A DNA stretch of 64,000 bases from Dehalococcoidia bacterium (GTDB lineage: Bacteria > Chloroflexota > Dehalococcoidia > UBA2979). This document shows positions 27,145 through 37,496 of this stretch, in pieces. The notes under the pieces were generated by a model that ran no database searches, was not told where the DNA came from, and worked only from the letters and a program-made list of their open reading frames with translations. Location: positions 2,304,001-2,368,000 of the forward strand of contig OZ253555.1 in NCBI GenBank assembly GCA_965262725.1. Reading direction: 5' to 3'. A program made the position numbers and the translations under genes. The stretch's first letter is position 1; each line of letters starts with the position of its first letter.

Positions 27145-30012
27145 TCACGGCGAGCGGCCGGGGCGCGAGGGGGCGGGCCCGTGGAGGTCGCCCCAGGAGC
27201 GACCCCATTTCTCCTCGAGCACGAGCGGGACGGCAAGCTCCATGGAGGGCATGAGCCGCGCCGCGGTCTCTCGCACCCAGCCGAGCTCCGCCGCCGGCAG
27301 CTCGAAGATCAGCTCGTCGTGCACCTGGAGCACGAGCCGCGCCCGTGCCCCCGCGGCGCGCCCCTGCTCGAGCTCGTGGTCGATGCGGTTCGTCGCGATT
27401 TTGATGATGTCGGCCGCCGTCCCCTGCGCCGGCATGTTGATCGCGATCCTCTCCGCCGCCATGCGCCGGTTGCGGTCGTGCGCCCGGAGCGCCGGCACGG
27501 GTCGCCGCCGCCCCGTCAGCGTCTCCGCGTACCCCTTCTCCCGCGCCTCCTCGACCACGCGCTCGCGCCACTCCGCGACCCCCGGGTAGGCCTCGAAGTA
27601 GGCGCGGATGAACTCCTCCGCCTGCTCGTGCGGGATGCCCTCGCGCTGGGTCAGGCCGAACGCCGTGAGCCCGTAGAGCACGCCGAAGTTGAAGACCTTG
27701 GCGCGCCGCCTCTGCTCGCGATCGACCTCCCCGGGGTCGACGCCGAAGACGCGGGCGGCCGTCGCCGCGTGCACGTCGAGGCCCTCCAGGAACGCCTGCC
27801 GGAGCTCCTCGTCGCCCGAGAGATGTGCCAGGATCCGGAGCTCGATCTGCGAGTAGTCGACCGAGAGGAGAATCGGATCCTCGCCGCAGTCGCGCGCCAC
27901 GAAGGCGCGGCGGATGTCGTTTCCCATCTCGGTGCGCACAGGGATGTTCTGGAGATTGGGGTCGTTGGAGGAGAGCCGTCCCGTCGCCGCCGTCACCTGC
28001 GAGTAGACGGTGTGCACGCGACCGGTGCGCGGATTGACCTGCGAGGGAAGCGTTGCGACGTAGGTGGACCTGAGCTTGGTGAGCTCGCGCCACCTGAGCA
28101 CCGCCTCCACGACCGGGTGGACGCCGCGGAGCGCCTCCAGCGCATTCGCATCCGTGGTCCAGCCCGTGCGGGTCTTCCGCGTCTTGGGCAGGCCCAGATC
28201 CACGAAGAGGACCTGCGAGAGCTGCTGCGGCGATCCGATCTGGAACTCGTGGCCGATGGAGCGGTAGACCTCCGCTTCGGCGTCGGCGATCTCCTCGTCG
28301 AGCTGCCCCGAGAGCTCGGTGAGCACGGCCACGTCGAGGGCCATACCGGCCCGCTCCATCCGCGCCAGCACGGCGATATGCGGGCGGTCGAGATCGCGGT
28401 AGAGGCCGTCGAGCCCGCTCGCCCGCAGTTCCGGCTCGAGGACGGCCGCGAGCCGGAGGACCGCGTCCGCCCGCGGCGCCGCGTAGTCGCAGGTCTCCTG
28501 GAGCGGGGCCTCGGAGAAGGCGATCGCCGTGCGCCCGCTCCCGAGCAGTTCCCGGGGGTCCATCAGCTCGAGCCCCAGCCGGTCGAAGGCGAGCCTCGAC
28601 AGCGTTATGTTGACGTCACCGAGCACGTAGGCGGCGAGCATCGTGTCGACGTCGATGTCGGCGGCCTCGACGCGCTCCGGGGACTCGGCGAGGGCGACGA
28701 GCCACATCTTCCCGTTGTGTGCGACGCGCGTAATCGCGGCGTCGGCGAGAAGCGGCCCCAGCGCCCCCAGCAGCTCGCGCGCCGCGAGTGAGACCGGCGC
28801 GCCGGTCGCCTCCTCCATCTTGCCGTCGTCGCCGGGCTCGAGAGCGAGCGCCGCCTGGCCGCCCGGGGCGGCCGGAGCGGGCTCGCGGGCGAGGGGCGCG
28901 TACCAGCCGCTTCCCTCGGCGGTCGAGAGGGCGAGGCCGACGAGCGTCTCGGCGGCGCGCATCGGGTGCTCCTCGTCGGCGATGAGTTCCACCGCGACGC
29001 GGCCGGCGGTGCGTATCTCGCGGACCAGCTCCCGAAGCTCGGCGGTCGTCGTGAGGAGCCGGTACCGACCCTCGACCCTCGTGCTGGGCGGCTCGCCGCC
29101 CGCGGCGCCGTCATCCTCCGCGGGCTCTGGGAGGCGCGCGAGCAACGAGCGGAACTCGAGCTCACGGAAGAGCGCGATCACCCGGCTGCGGTCGTAGCCG
29201 CCCCAGCGGGCCCGCTCCCAGTCGAGCGTGACGCCGGGGACGTCCTCCACGATCGTCGCGAGGCGCCGGGAGAGATCGGCCTCCTCCCGACCGGCGGCGA
29301 GCGCGGCGCGCGCGCGCGGCGGGGTCACCTCATCGAGGTGCGCGTAGATCTCCTCCACCGTCCCCCAGCGCGTGATGAGCGCCTTTGCGCCCTTCTCGCC
29401 GATCCCGCGCACGCCGGGGATGTTGTCGGATGTGTCGCCGACCAGCGACTTGTAGTCGACGACGCGTCTGGGATCGAACCCGAAGCGCTCGCGCACCTTC
29501 GCCTCGTCGTAGAGCACGTAGTCACGCTGGTAGGGGCGATACATGTAGACGCGGACGCCGGGTCGGACAAGCTGCAGGAGGTCGTTGTCGAGGGTGACCA
29601 GCACGGTCTCGATCCCGGCCTCGACGGCCTGCGCGGCGAGCGTGCCGAGCACGTCGTCCGCCTCGTAGCCCACGGCCTCGATGCGCGGGACCGCGATCGC
29701 CTCCAGGAGCTCCCGCACGCGGTCGACCTGCGGGCGCAAGTCGTCGGGCATCGGCTCCCGGTGGGCCTTGTAGCGTTCGTCCTCCTGCTTCCGGAAGGTC
29801 TCCTCGGAGGCATCCCACGCGGCGATCACGTGGGTCGGGCGCAGCTCGTTGAACACCGTGAGGAGAGAGTTCGCGTAGCCGTAGACGGCCCAGACCGGTT
29901 CTCCCGAGTGCCCGACCGTGAGCGTGTCGCGCATGGCGAAATAGGAGCGGAAAATGATCCCGTGCGAGTCGAGGATGACGAGCAGAGGCGAGCGGATGGC
30001 GGGCTCCGACAC
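27145..30012 (-). CDS. polA: DNA polymerase I
   Basis: 5' nuclease (EADDVLGTL, GDTSDNIPGVRGIGEK); polymerase motifs TGRLSSNDPNLQNIP, DYSQIELR, RAKVFNFGVLYG, QVHDEL. Confidence 0.97.
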   Translation of the reverse strand: MSEPAIRSPLLVILDSHGIIFRSYFAMRDTLTVGHSGEPVWAVYGYANSLLTVFNELRPTHVIAAWDASEETFRKQEDERYKAHREPMPDDLRPQVDRVRELLEAIAVPRIEAVGYEADDVLGTLAAQAVEAGIETVLVTLDNDLLQLVRPGVRVYMYRPYQRDYVLYDEAKVRERFGFDPRRVVDYKSLVGDTSDNIPGVRGIGEKGAKALITRWGTVEEIYAHLDEVTPPRARAALAAGREEADLSRRLATIVEDVPGVTLDWERARWGGYDRSRVIALFRELEFRSLLARLPEPAEDDGAAGGEPPSTRVEGRYRLLTTTAELRELVREIRTAGRVAVELIADEEHPMRAAETLVGLALSTAEGSGWYAPLAREPAPAAPGGQAALALEPGDDGKMEEATGAPVSLAARELLGALGPLLADAAITRVAHNGKMWLVALAESPERVEAADIDVDTMLAAYVLGDVNITLSRLAFDRLGLELMDPRELLGSGRTAIAFSEAPLQETCDYAAPRADAVLRLAAVLEPELRASGLDGLYRDLDRPHIAVLARMERAGMALDVAVLTELSGQLDEEIADAEAEVYRSIGHEFQIGSPQQLSQVLFVDLGLPKTRKTRTGWTTDANALEALRGVHPVVEAVLRWRELTKLRSTYVATLPSQVNPRTGRVHTVYSQVTAATGRLSSNDPNLQNIPVRTEMGNDIRRAFVARDCGEDPILLSVDYSQIELRILAHLSGDEELRQAFLEGLDVHAATAARVFGVDPGEVDREQRRRAKVFNFGVLYGLTAFGLTQREGIPHEQAEEFIRAYFEAYPGVAEWRERVVEEAREKGYAETLTGRRRPVPALRAHDRNRRMAAERIAINMPAQGTAADIIKIATNRIDHELEQGRAAGARARLVLQVHDELIFELPAAELGWVRETAARLMPSMELAVPLVLEEKWGRSWGDLHGPAPSRPGRSP

Positions 30013-30140
30013 GAGCGCCAGTATATCGAGGGCGACGCACCTGGGTTCGACCGCGCCGTGCCGCTGACCGATCCCCCGACCGGGCAGCGGTCGCGGCGCC
30101 TTCAGGCCGCCTCCCGCGCCGATCGCGCGGAGACGCCACC

Positions 30141-30737
30141 GTGCCCGTGAGCCGGGTGTTGCACCTCATCGCGGGGCGCCTCCCGACCGGCGCAGCCGGA
30201 GCTCCGCGCCTCCAGGCGGCGATCGAGCTCGGCGGCGAGCTCGCCAGTGCCCCCGGCGTGCGGGCGGCGCTCATCGGGAGCTCCGAGCAGCACATCGTCT
30301 CGGCCTGCTGGCTCGACGACCGCGCCGCCATCGAGCCATTCGCCGCCTCCCGCCCGCACATGGCCTTCGTGATGCGTGGCCTTGCACCCCTCGTGAGCGG
30401 CATGTGGAGCGCCTCCGTCGAGACCGCGTCTTCCCCGCACGCCGGCGGCGACGCCGCCGCGATGTGGGCGATGGCGATCCCGGAGCGCGCCGGCATCTTC
30501 GAGTGGGAGGTTCGAGCGCTGCTCGAGGCCATGACGGCGCTCCCGGGCGCTGCCGCCTCCGGCCCGACCGTGGAGGAGCGCGATCGCTTCCGCGCCGGCG
30601 GCGTCATCCTTCTCCGCGGGTCGGAGCAGGAGCACTTCGACGAGGCACTTCGCGCCGCTCGGAGTACCTGGCCCTCCTTCGCCTCCGGCATCGAGGAGGC
30701 TTTCGTCCGGGTGCTCCCTCCGCGGGATGGGGCATAG
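30141..30737 (+). CDS. Hypothetical protein, possibly dimeric alpha/beta barrel (Dabb-like)
   Basis: Fills the gap between divergent and convergent genes with coding-like composition; LDDRAAIEPFAASRPHMAFV...LAP resembles a Dabb C-terminal motif. Confidence 0.55.
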   Translation: MPVSRVLHLIAGRLPTGAAGAPRLQAAIELGGELASAPGVRAALIGSSEQHIVSACWLDDRAAIEPFAASRPHMAFVMRGLAPLVSGMWSASVETASSPHAGGDAAAMWAMAIPERAGIFEWEVRALLEAMTALPGAAASGPTVEERDRFRAGGVILLRGSEQEHFDEALRAARSTWPSFASGIEEAFVRVLPPRDGA

Positions 30738-30774
30738 CGGCGTCGGCCCACGGCGTGCCCCGGCGCGGCGCCCC

Positions 30775-31545
30775 CTACGGGCGCGAGCCGGGCTGGTAGG
30801 AGAGAAGCCGGAAGATCTCGGAGCCGTTATCCCACTGGACGAGCTGATGCGGCGGGTCGACCGCGATCCAGGCAACCCGCGTCGCGCGACCGCTGCGAAC
30901 GTGGAGCCGCCACGCGTCGAAGGCGCCGGCCGGCACCTCGACGCGCTCGCGGCGCACGACCGTCAGGCGCACCGTGATCTGGCTCTGGTTCACGGCGCTC
31001 ACCGAGACGTACTGCCCGTCGTACTCCCCGGTGAGGTCGAGCGCCCGCCAGAGCCACAGGGCGCTCTCGTTGTCGTACGCGCCCCGGCGTAGCCGCAGTT
31101 CGCGCTCCTCCGTCTCCCCCGCCGGCGTCTCGTGCGTGAACGCCACGGCGGAGAGATCCGGGGCGTAGGCGGCGGACCAGCGCTCCTGCTCGTCCTCGCG
31201 CGTCGCCTCGCGGCTGCTCGAGACGGGGAGCAGGGTCCCCGAGTCCGCGACCACGTGCGAGAGGTCCTGGGCGCCGTGTCCGCCGTCTCCGGTCCGCGGT
31301 TCCGCCGCCCGGAGGCTCTGCTCAAGGAGCAGCGTGTCACCCTCGCAGAGCACGTCAAAGGACGCTTCGGCGACAAGCGTGCCGTCAAGCTCCTGGAGGT
31401 CGTAGCGCGCGCTCTCCCCGCAGGCGAACGGGATGCGGGCCACGACGATTCCGGCCTCCGTGCCCCCGCCGGTCGCCTGACACCCCGCCGCGAGCACAGC
31501 GAACAGCAGCGCGCCGAGCACGCGGAGGCGAAGGGGCGCCCTCAC
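30775..31545 (-). CDS. DUF3108-like lipoprotein
   Basis: GTG overlapping the ltaE stop; lipobox LAAGC; ERVEVPAGAFDAWRL motif. Confidence 0.7.
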   Translation of the reverse strand: MRAPLRLRVLGALLFAVLAAGCQATGGGTEAGIVVARIPFACGESARYDLQELDGTLVAEASFDVLCEGDTLLLEQSLRAAEPRTGDGGHGAQDLSHVVADSGTLLPVSSSREATREDEQERWSAAYAPDLSAVAFTHETPAGETEERELRLRRGAYDNESALWLWRALDLTGEYDGQYVSVSAVNQSQITVRLTVVRRERVEVPAGAFDAWRLHVRSGRATRVAWIAVDPPHQLVQWDNGSEIFRLLSYQPGSRP

Positions 31546-32576
31546 TGCGCGGGGACCGCCGGGAGGCTCTCCACAGCCCGCCTGGTGCGCGCGAGCGCCT
31601 CCTCCACGTCGGCCGCCGAGATACCGAGGTGCGTCGCCATGCGCACACGGTGGGGGGCGGTGCCGGAGGCGCGCACGCCCTGCGCCGAGAGCGCCGCGCG
31701 GAACGCCCACGGATCCGGCCCGTCGATCTCGAAGAAGACGAGGTTCGTCTCGACCGCCTCCGGGTCGATCCGGATCCCGGGCAGCGTAGCGAGGCCCTCG
31801 GCCAGGAGGCGCGCATGCGCGTGATCCTCGGCCAGGCGGTCGCGGTGGTGCTCCAGCGCGTAGAGCGCGCCGGCCGCGATCACGCCCGCCTGCCGCATCC
31901 CACCGCCGAGCTGGCGGCGCAGTGCGCGCGCCCCTCCGATCAGATCGGCGGGACCGCAGAGCACGGAGCCGACCGGGGCGCCGAGCCCCTTCGAGAAGCA
32001 GAACGAGGCGGTGTCCGCGTCGGCGACGAGCGTGGCCGCGTCGGTCTTAAGCGCTACCGCGGCGTTGAAGATGCGCGCTCCGTCGACGTGCACGGTCGCG
32101 CCGGTCGACCGCGCCCGTCCCGCCACCTCGCGGGTGTGGCTGAGGCTGACGGCCCGGCCACCCGAGCGGTTGTGGGTGTTCTCCAGACAGACCAGCGCGG
32201 GGCCGGCTGCGAGCGCCGCTTCGAGCGCGTCCAGATCGAGCCGACCCCGCGTGTCGTTGGGGACCACGGAGAGGTGAATCCCCCCGAGCGCCGGCGCTCC
32301 GAGTCCCTCGTGGTGGAGGATGTGCGACTCCGAGCCGACCACGGCCTGCCCCCCGCGGCCGCAGGCGAGAAGCAGGGCGATGAGGTTCGCCATCGTTCCG
32401 CTCGGGACGTAGAGGGCGGCCTCCTTCCCGACGCAATCGGCAGCGGCGGCCTCCAGTGACTGGACCGTGGGGTCGTCGCCGAGGACGTCGTCGCCGACAC
32501 GTGCCTCCGCCATGGCGCGGCGCATCTCGGGCGTGGGCTGGGTGACGGTATCGGAGCGCAGATCCATGACCCGCAC
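31542..32576 (-). CDS. ltaE: Low-specificity L-threonine aldolase
   Basis: [49 protein letters not shown]. Confidence 0.93.
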   Translation of the reverse strand: MRVMDLRSDTVTQPTPEMRRAMAEARVGDDVLGDDPTVQSLEAAAADCVGKEAALYVPSGTMANLIALLLACGRGGQAVVGSESHILHHEGLGAPALGGIHLSVVPNDTRGRLDLDALEAALAAGPALVCLENTHNRSGGRAVSLSHTREVAGRARSTGATVHVDGARIFNAAVALKTDAATLVADADTASFCFSKGLGAPVGSVLCGPADLIGGARALRRQLGGGMRQAGVIAAGALYALEHHRDRLAEDHAHARLLAEGLATLPGIRIDPEAVETNLVFFEIDGPDPWAFRAALSAQGVRASGTAPHRVRMATHLGISAADVEEALARTRRAVESLPAVPAQ

Positions 32577-32691
32577 GGGCGACCCTCCGGGAGCATACGG
32601 CGGCATCGCCGAGCGTAGCAGAGCCTCCCCACACGATCGCGCCCGCGCACGCCGACTCTCACCTCGCGGGCATGCGGCGGGTACGGAGCGG

Positions 32692-33141
32692 CTACGAGGA
32701 GTCGGCGACCCGCTCCCAGAGCGTCTCGTAGCCCTCGCCGCCGCGGATCGCAGCGACAAGATCGATGCGCTCGGCGCGGAGTGCACTCTGGAAGGCGCGC
32801 TCGCACTCCTCGGCCAGCTCGGGACCTCCCTCGGACACGAGCCGCTGCTCGATGTGCTCCCAGAGGCCCATGTCGCGCATGACCTGGATACGCCGAGGCC
32901 ACTCGAAGACGGTGATCTGCTCGGGGAGCCCGAGCGTTGGTCGCTCGCGGCGGAGGTAGCGGTAGCGCTCCTCAGCGGAGTGGACGCGTGGAACCAGGCG
33001 GATAATCGGGCGATCTGTCGGGCCCGGCCGCGCATCGACGAGGAGCCGCTGGTCGATCAGGCCGAAGCGGACGATGAAGACGTCGGCCTCTCGGATGACA
33101 CCGACGATCGCGTCCAGATCGATGCCGAACTCGCGGTCCAT
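32692..33141 (-). CDS. Conserved hypothetical protein (149 aa)
   Basis: Globular-looking [29 protein letters not shown]...YETLWER, co-oriented with its neighbours. Confidence 0.7.
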   Translation of the reverse strand: MDREFGIDLDAIVGVIREADVFIVRFGLIDQRLLVDARPGPTDRPIIRLVPRVHSAEERYRYLRRERPTLGLPEQITVFEWPRRIQVMRDMGLWEHIEQRLVSEGGPELAEECERAFQSALRAERIDLVAAIRGGEGYETLWERVADSS

Positions 33142-33251
33142 CCGGCCCACCGTCCCGCGCCGATCCCCGGTGCCCGACTCCCGGAGAATCCTGCAAACGA
33201 TTGTAGGACCCGGCTCTCGGGCACCGCAACGGCGCCGGCCCGCCCCGGCGG

Positions 33252-34061
33252 CTACGCGGGCTCCACCGGGAGCTGGTAGGTGCGATCGAGGTACGGGATG
33301 CGGACGAGCCCGGTCATCTGCAGCCCGAGGGCGATCAGCACGACGCCGCCGATCCGCGTGAGGGTGTCGAGCGAGTCCTGCACGAGCGTCCCAACGAAGC
33401 CGAAGGAGGCCCCGACCACGGTGAAGACGGCCGTGAAGCCAAGCACGAAGGCCAGCGCGTGCCCGAGCACGCGCCGGCGGTCGATCCGCGCGCGGCCCGT
33501 GCCGAAGAGGGCCTCCCCGGCGAGGTTCGCGAGATAGGCCGGCACCAGCGGAAGCACGCAGGGGGAGAGGAAGGACACCATGCCCCCGAAGAAAGCGAAC
33601 ACAGGTCCCGCGACGCCGTCGACTCCGCCCGCGAGGTCGCGCTCGGCGCTCTCGGTCGAGCCGAGGAGGAAGCCGAACTTCTGGAAGTAGATGTTCAGCC
33701 GGGCGAACTCGCCCAGCACCATCAGCGCCCCCACGGCGATGAAGAGCACGCCGGAGACGATCATGATCCTCCCCAGGTACGGGTAGAGCGCGCGGATGCG
33801 CGGAGCGATCCAGCCGAAGAGGAGTCCGAAGGCGAGGAACCACACGCCCAGCCCGAGCGAGTAGCAGGCGAGCAGCAGCGCCCCCTGTGCGGCGGTGCCG
33901 CTGGTCGCCGCGAGCGTGAGTACGACGCCCAGGATCGGTCCGATGCAGGGCGACCACGCCACGGCGAAGGCGGAACCGATCAGGACGGAGCGCCGGTAGC
34001 CCGTGGTCGGCCCCGGCGGCGGCGCGGCCGGGGCCGATTCGACCGACAGATCGGTGCTCAC
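33252..34061 (-). CDS. ccdA: CcdA/DsbD-TM thiol:disulfide transporter, circularly permuted
   Basis: Both redox-Cys motifs present ([11 protein letters not shown] and [14 protein letters not shown]) in reverse of the canonical order; about 6 TM. Confidence 0.88.
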   Translation of the reverse strand: MSTDLSVESAPAAPPPGPTTGYRRSVLIGSAFAVAWSPCIGPILGVVLTLAATSGTAAQGALLLACYSLGLGVWFLAFGLLFGWIAPRIRALYPYLGRIMIVSGVLFIAVGALMVLGEFARLNIYFQKFGFLLGSTESAERDLAGGVDGVAGPVFAFFGGMVSFLSPCVLPLVPAYLANLAGEALFGTGRARIDRRRVLGHALAFVLGFTAVFTVVGASFGFVGTLVQDSLDTLTRIGGVVLIALGLQMTGLVRIPYLDRTYQLPVEPA

Positions 34062-34085
34062 TCGCCCCTCCGTCCGCGCCGGGCG

Positions 34086-34292
34086 CTACTCGCCCAGACC
34101 GAGCAGGCGGCGGCGCGCCCGCTCGTAACGATCCTTGGCGCGCGCCTCGCGGTTCAGCAGACCCTTCAACTGGTCGGGAGCCCGCCTCTCACCGTCCAGG
34201 AGAACGGCGTGGAGCCGCGTGAGCTGCGCCTGCCAGTCCTCGTAGGCGGCACGGTAGGACGCCCTGGGATCGCCGCTCGCCTCGTCCGCCAT
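34086..34292 (-). CDS. Small hypothetical helical protein (68 aa)
   Basis: ATG 6 nt after a TAGGAT -10 box; 24 bp upstream of ccdA. Confidence 0.65.
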   Translation of the reverse strand: MADEASGDPRASYRAAYEDWQAQLTRLHAVLLDGERRAPDQLKGLLNREARAKDRYERARRRLLGLGE

Positions 34293-34482
34293 CCATCGAT
34301 CCTAGCGCCTCCCGCCCCTGCAGGCGCGCCCGCCGTCGCACGCGGACTGCGGTCGGCGTAGCCTTGCCCGGTGCTCGCCACGCGGGATACCGCGGGGCCG
34401 GCGCACCTCGGGGCGGCTCTCCCGGGCCCATGCCGGCGCGCCGGCGCCGAACCGGCCGCGGGTAAGGGGAACGGAGTGCACG

Positions 34483-35436
34483 ATGAAATACCGGAAGCTT
34501 GGACGGTCGGGGCTCGACGTCTCGGTGATCGGGCTCGGCGGGAACACTTTCGGGCGCCGCTGCGACGCTGTGCAGACGGCGAGCATCCTCGACGCGGCCC
34601 TCGACGCGGGGATACAGACCGTCGACACCGCCGACATCTACGGCGGCGGCGGCACCTCCGAGGAGTACATCGGCCGCGCGCTCGGTGGGGGCAAGCGCGA
34701 TCGCTGGGTCGTGATGACCAAGTTCGGCGGGCGCACACAGGACGGCCCGAACGGATCCGGCTCCTCGCGTCGCTACATCCGCCAGCAGGTCACCGCGTCG
34801 CTTCAGCGGCTGGACACCGACTACATCGACGTCTACCAGGTGCACTTCGCCGACCGCCGCACGCCGCTCGGCGAGACGATGACCGTGCTCGACGAACTCG
34901 TCCGCGAGGGACTCGTCCGCTACATCGGCTGCTCCAACTACTCCTCGTGGCAGATAGCGGAATCACAGTGGCAGGCACGGAGTCGCGGCGGCGCGGAGTT
35001 CGTCTCCTCGCAGCCGCCCTACAGCCTGCTCAACCGCGACGTCGAGAGCGATCACATCCCGGCCTGCCTCCACTACGGGCTCGGGCTCATCCCCTACTCG
35101 CCGCTCGCCGGCGGGTTCCTGACCGGCAAGTACCGCCCCGGGGAGGAGCCGCCTGCCAACAGCCGCTACGGCGATCCCGCCGTCGCCCGCTTCGCGTCGC
35201 GCGTGCTGAACGAGAAGAACTTCCAGCAGCTCGCCGCACTCGACCGCTTCGCCTCCGAACGGGGCATCTCGCTCCCTGAGCTGGCGCTGGGATGGCTGGC
35301 CGCGCAGCCGGTCGTCTCCACGGTGATCGTCGGAGCGACCTCGCCCGAGCAGGTGCTCGAGAACGCGGCGAGCGCGGAGGTGACGCTCTCCGCCGAGGAC
35401 CTCTCCGCCCTCGACGAGATCACGAGCGGCGGCTAG
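34483..35436 (+). CDS. Aldo/keto reductase
   Basis: YRKLGRSGLDVSVIGLG, DTADIYG, SLQRLDTDYIDVYQVH, YIGCSN, YSPLAGGFLTGKY. Confidence 0.95.
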   Translation: MKYRKLGRSGLDVSVIGLGGNTFGRRCDAVQTASILDAALDAGIQTVDTADIYGGGGTSEEYIGRALGGGKRDRWVVMTKFGGRTQDGPNGSGSSRRYIRQQVTASLQRLDTDYIDVYQVHFADRRTPLGETMTVLDELVREGLVRYIGCSNYSSWQIAESQWQARSRGGAEFVSSQPPYSLLNRDVESDHIPACLHYGLGLIPYSPLAGGFLTGKYRPGEEPPANSRYGDPAVARFASRVLNEKNFQQLAALDRFASERGISLPELALGWLAAQPVVSTVIVGATSPEQVLENAASAEVTLSAEDLSALDEITSGG

Positions 35437-35467
35437 CCAGCACCGCTCGCGGAGAGGCGGGGACAAC

Positions 35468-36418
35468 GTGCGCATCGGGATCCAGCTCGAGTGCCAGGAG
35501 GCGATCGACTGGGAGACGGCGCGCCGCGTCGCCCGCGCCGCCGACGATCTCGGCTACGACTCTCTCTGGTGCTCCGATCACGTCTACTCGCAGCGCGCCG
35601 ACCCCGACCGCACGTCGGTCGACCCGTTCCTCCTGCTCGCCGTGCTGGCGGCCGAGACGACACGGATCGGGATCGGGACGCTCGTCACGGCCGTCTGCTT
35701 CCGGCCGCCGTCGATCGTGGGCCGCATGGCGGCGCACCTCGACGCCCTCTCGGGTGGGCGATTCACGCTCGGCATCGGTGCCGGCTGGGGCGAGGGCGAG
35801 CACCGCGCCTACGGCCTCCCGTTCCCCTCGCCCCGCGAGCGGCTCTCCCGGCTCGATGAGGCGGTGCGACTGCTGCGGGCCCTGTGGCAGGGCGGACCGG
35901 TCGATTTCGACGGGGAGCACTACCGCCTCGAGCAGGCCTATTGCCACCCGCGGCCCCTGCGCGGAGACGTGCCGCTGCTCGTCGGCGGCTCCGGCCGCCG
36001 CACGATGGGGATCGCGGCGCGCCACGCCGAGGAGTGGAACGTCGTCGCGCTCACCCTCGAGGCCTGGACCGAGCAGGACGCCGCCTTCCGCGAGCGCTGC
36101 GAGGAGGTAGGCCGCGACCCGCGCTCCGTCCGTCGCTCCCAGGTTTCGGGCGTGCTCATCGGCCGCGACGAGCGCGAGTTGCGCGCACACCTGGAGCGGA
36201 TCGCCGAGCGCATCCCGGCGCTCGCCGGGCGCGACCCCGAGCGCGCAGTGGGCTCGCTCAGGCGCCACGGCTGGCTCGTCGGTGCGCCCGGCGAGATCGT
36301 CGACGAGCTCGGCCGGCGCGCCGAGGCGGGGCAGGATCGCATGATGCTCGAGCACCACACCGGTGGGGACCTGCGCGCCCTGGAGTTGCTCGCAGCGGAG
36401 GTCCTGCCCGAGCTCTGA
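35468..36418 (+). CDS. LLM-class (probably F420-dependent) oxidoreductase
   Basis: GYDSLWCSDH, GTLVT, LSGGRFTLGIGAGW, EHRAYG, LLVGGSG. Confidence 0.9.
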   Translation: MRIGIQLECQEAIDWETARRVARAADDLGYDSLWCSDHVYSQRADPDRTSVDPFLLLAVLAAETTRIGIGTLVTAVCFRPPSIVGRMAAHLDALSGGRFTLGIGAGWGEGEHRAYGLPFPSPRERLSRLDEAVRLLRALWQGGPVDFDGEHYRLEQAYCHPRPLRGDVPLLVGGSGRRTMGIAARHAEEWNVVALTLEAWTEQDAAFRERCEEVGRDPRSVRRSQVSGVLIGRDERELRAHLERIAERIPALAGRDPERAVGSLRRHGWLVGAPGEIVDELGRRAEAGQDRMMLEHHTGGDLRALELLAAEVLPEL

Positions 36419-36448
36419 TCGCTCCGCCCCGCCGGTCGGGCGGCGGCG

Positions 36449-37492
36449 CTACCCTCCACCCGGAGCGCAGGCCTCCATCACCGATCGGACGGCGTCGAGG
36501 CCGGGACGCGAGGCCACGACCCGCACGAGCGCGACGTCGAGCCCCTGGGCCAGCCTCTCGACGTGCTCGCGGGCTCCGGCCGGCGCTCCGAAATAGCCCA
36601 CGCTCAGCAGCAGCTCGTCGGAGGCCGCGTCCGCGACCTCGTCGTCCGAGGCCCCACCGCTGCGCCGGTCGTCGAGCGCCGCCAGCTCGTCGGCGAATCC
36701 CATGCGCTCGAAGTGGGGACGGTACCCGAAGCGGCGATCGCGGGCGGCGGTTCGGGGCCCGAGCGCGTAGCCCAAGGTGGCCCGGCCCAGCGCCCGCCGC
36801 GCCGCGCCCACGTCCTCGTCGACGGAGACGCGGATGTACTCGACGAGCGGGACGCTGCCCGCGCGGCGGCCCGCCTTCGCCGCCCCGGCGTCGACGATGC
36901 GTCGCGCCGCCGCGACCTGCTCCGTCGAGCACCAGTTCAGGCAAATCCCGTCGGCGATCTCGCCGCCCAGCTCAAGCATCCGCGGACCCAGTGCTCCCAG
37001 ATAGACGGCCGTCCGGGGCGGGGGCTCGATCGCGAGCCGCTGGCCATGGACGGAGAGAGCCATGCCCTCACGTTCAACCGTCTCGCCGGCAAGCAGCGCT
37101 CGGGTAGTCGCCAGGTAGTCGCGCATGATCTCAAGCGTCGAGCCGGTTCGAAAGCCCATCGCCCGCCGGAACTCCGGACGGTAGAGCCCGCCGCTCCCGA
37201 TCCCGAGCACGAAGCGGCCGCCGGTGTGGGCCCCGAGCGTCCCGGCGCTCATCGCGAACGCCATCGGCGTCCGGTACGCGACCGGCGATACCGCGATGCC
37301 GGTCGCAAGACCCCCCGGAGTCACCTCGGCGCTCGCGCGCCAGCGCATCGCGCACAGCTGGAAGGAGTCGATGCCGGCCCCCTCGGGGGTCCAGATCTCG
37401 GCATAGCCGAGCTCCGCGGCCTCGCGTGCCAGGACCGCCTGATCGTCGAAGTCGAGGCCGAGCGTGAAGTCGAGTCCGAGCCCGACCCGCAC
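36449..37492 (-). CDS. LLM-class flavin/F420-dependent oxidoreductase
   Basis: GYAEIWTPE, TGGRFVLGIG, YLGALGPRMLELGGEIADG. Confidence 0.88.
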   Translation of the reverse strand: MRVGLGLDFTLGLDFDDQAVLAREAAELGYAEIWTPEGAGIDSFQLCAMRWRASAEVTPGGLATGIAVSPVAYRTPMAFAMSAGTLGAHTGGRFVLGIGSGGLYRPEFRRAMGFRTGSTLEIMRDYLATTRALLAGETVEREGMALSVHGQRLAIEPPPRTAVYLGALGPRMLELGGEIADGICLNWCSTEQVAAARRIVDAGAAKAGRRAGSVPLVEYIRVSVDEDVGAARRALGRATLGYALGPRTAARDRRFGYRPHFERMGFADELAALDDRRSGGASDDEVADAASDELLLSVGYFGAPAGAREHVERLAQGLDVALVRVVASRPGLDAVRSVMEACAPGGG

Positions 37493-37496
37493 CGCC

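Noticed and set aside
25672-28791. 1039-aa plus-strand ORF and similar long ORFs (12112..14130, 17482..19296, 46462..48090, 49099..51060, 57896..59485)
   Set aside because: Antisense or off-frame shadows of well-supported genes in high-GC DNA; no domain motifs
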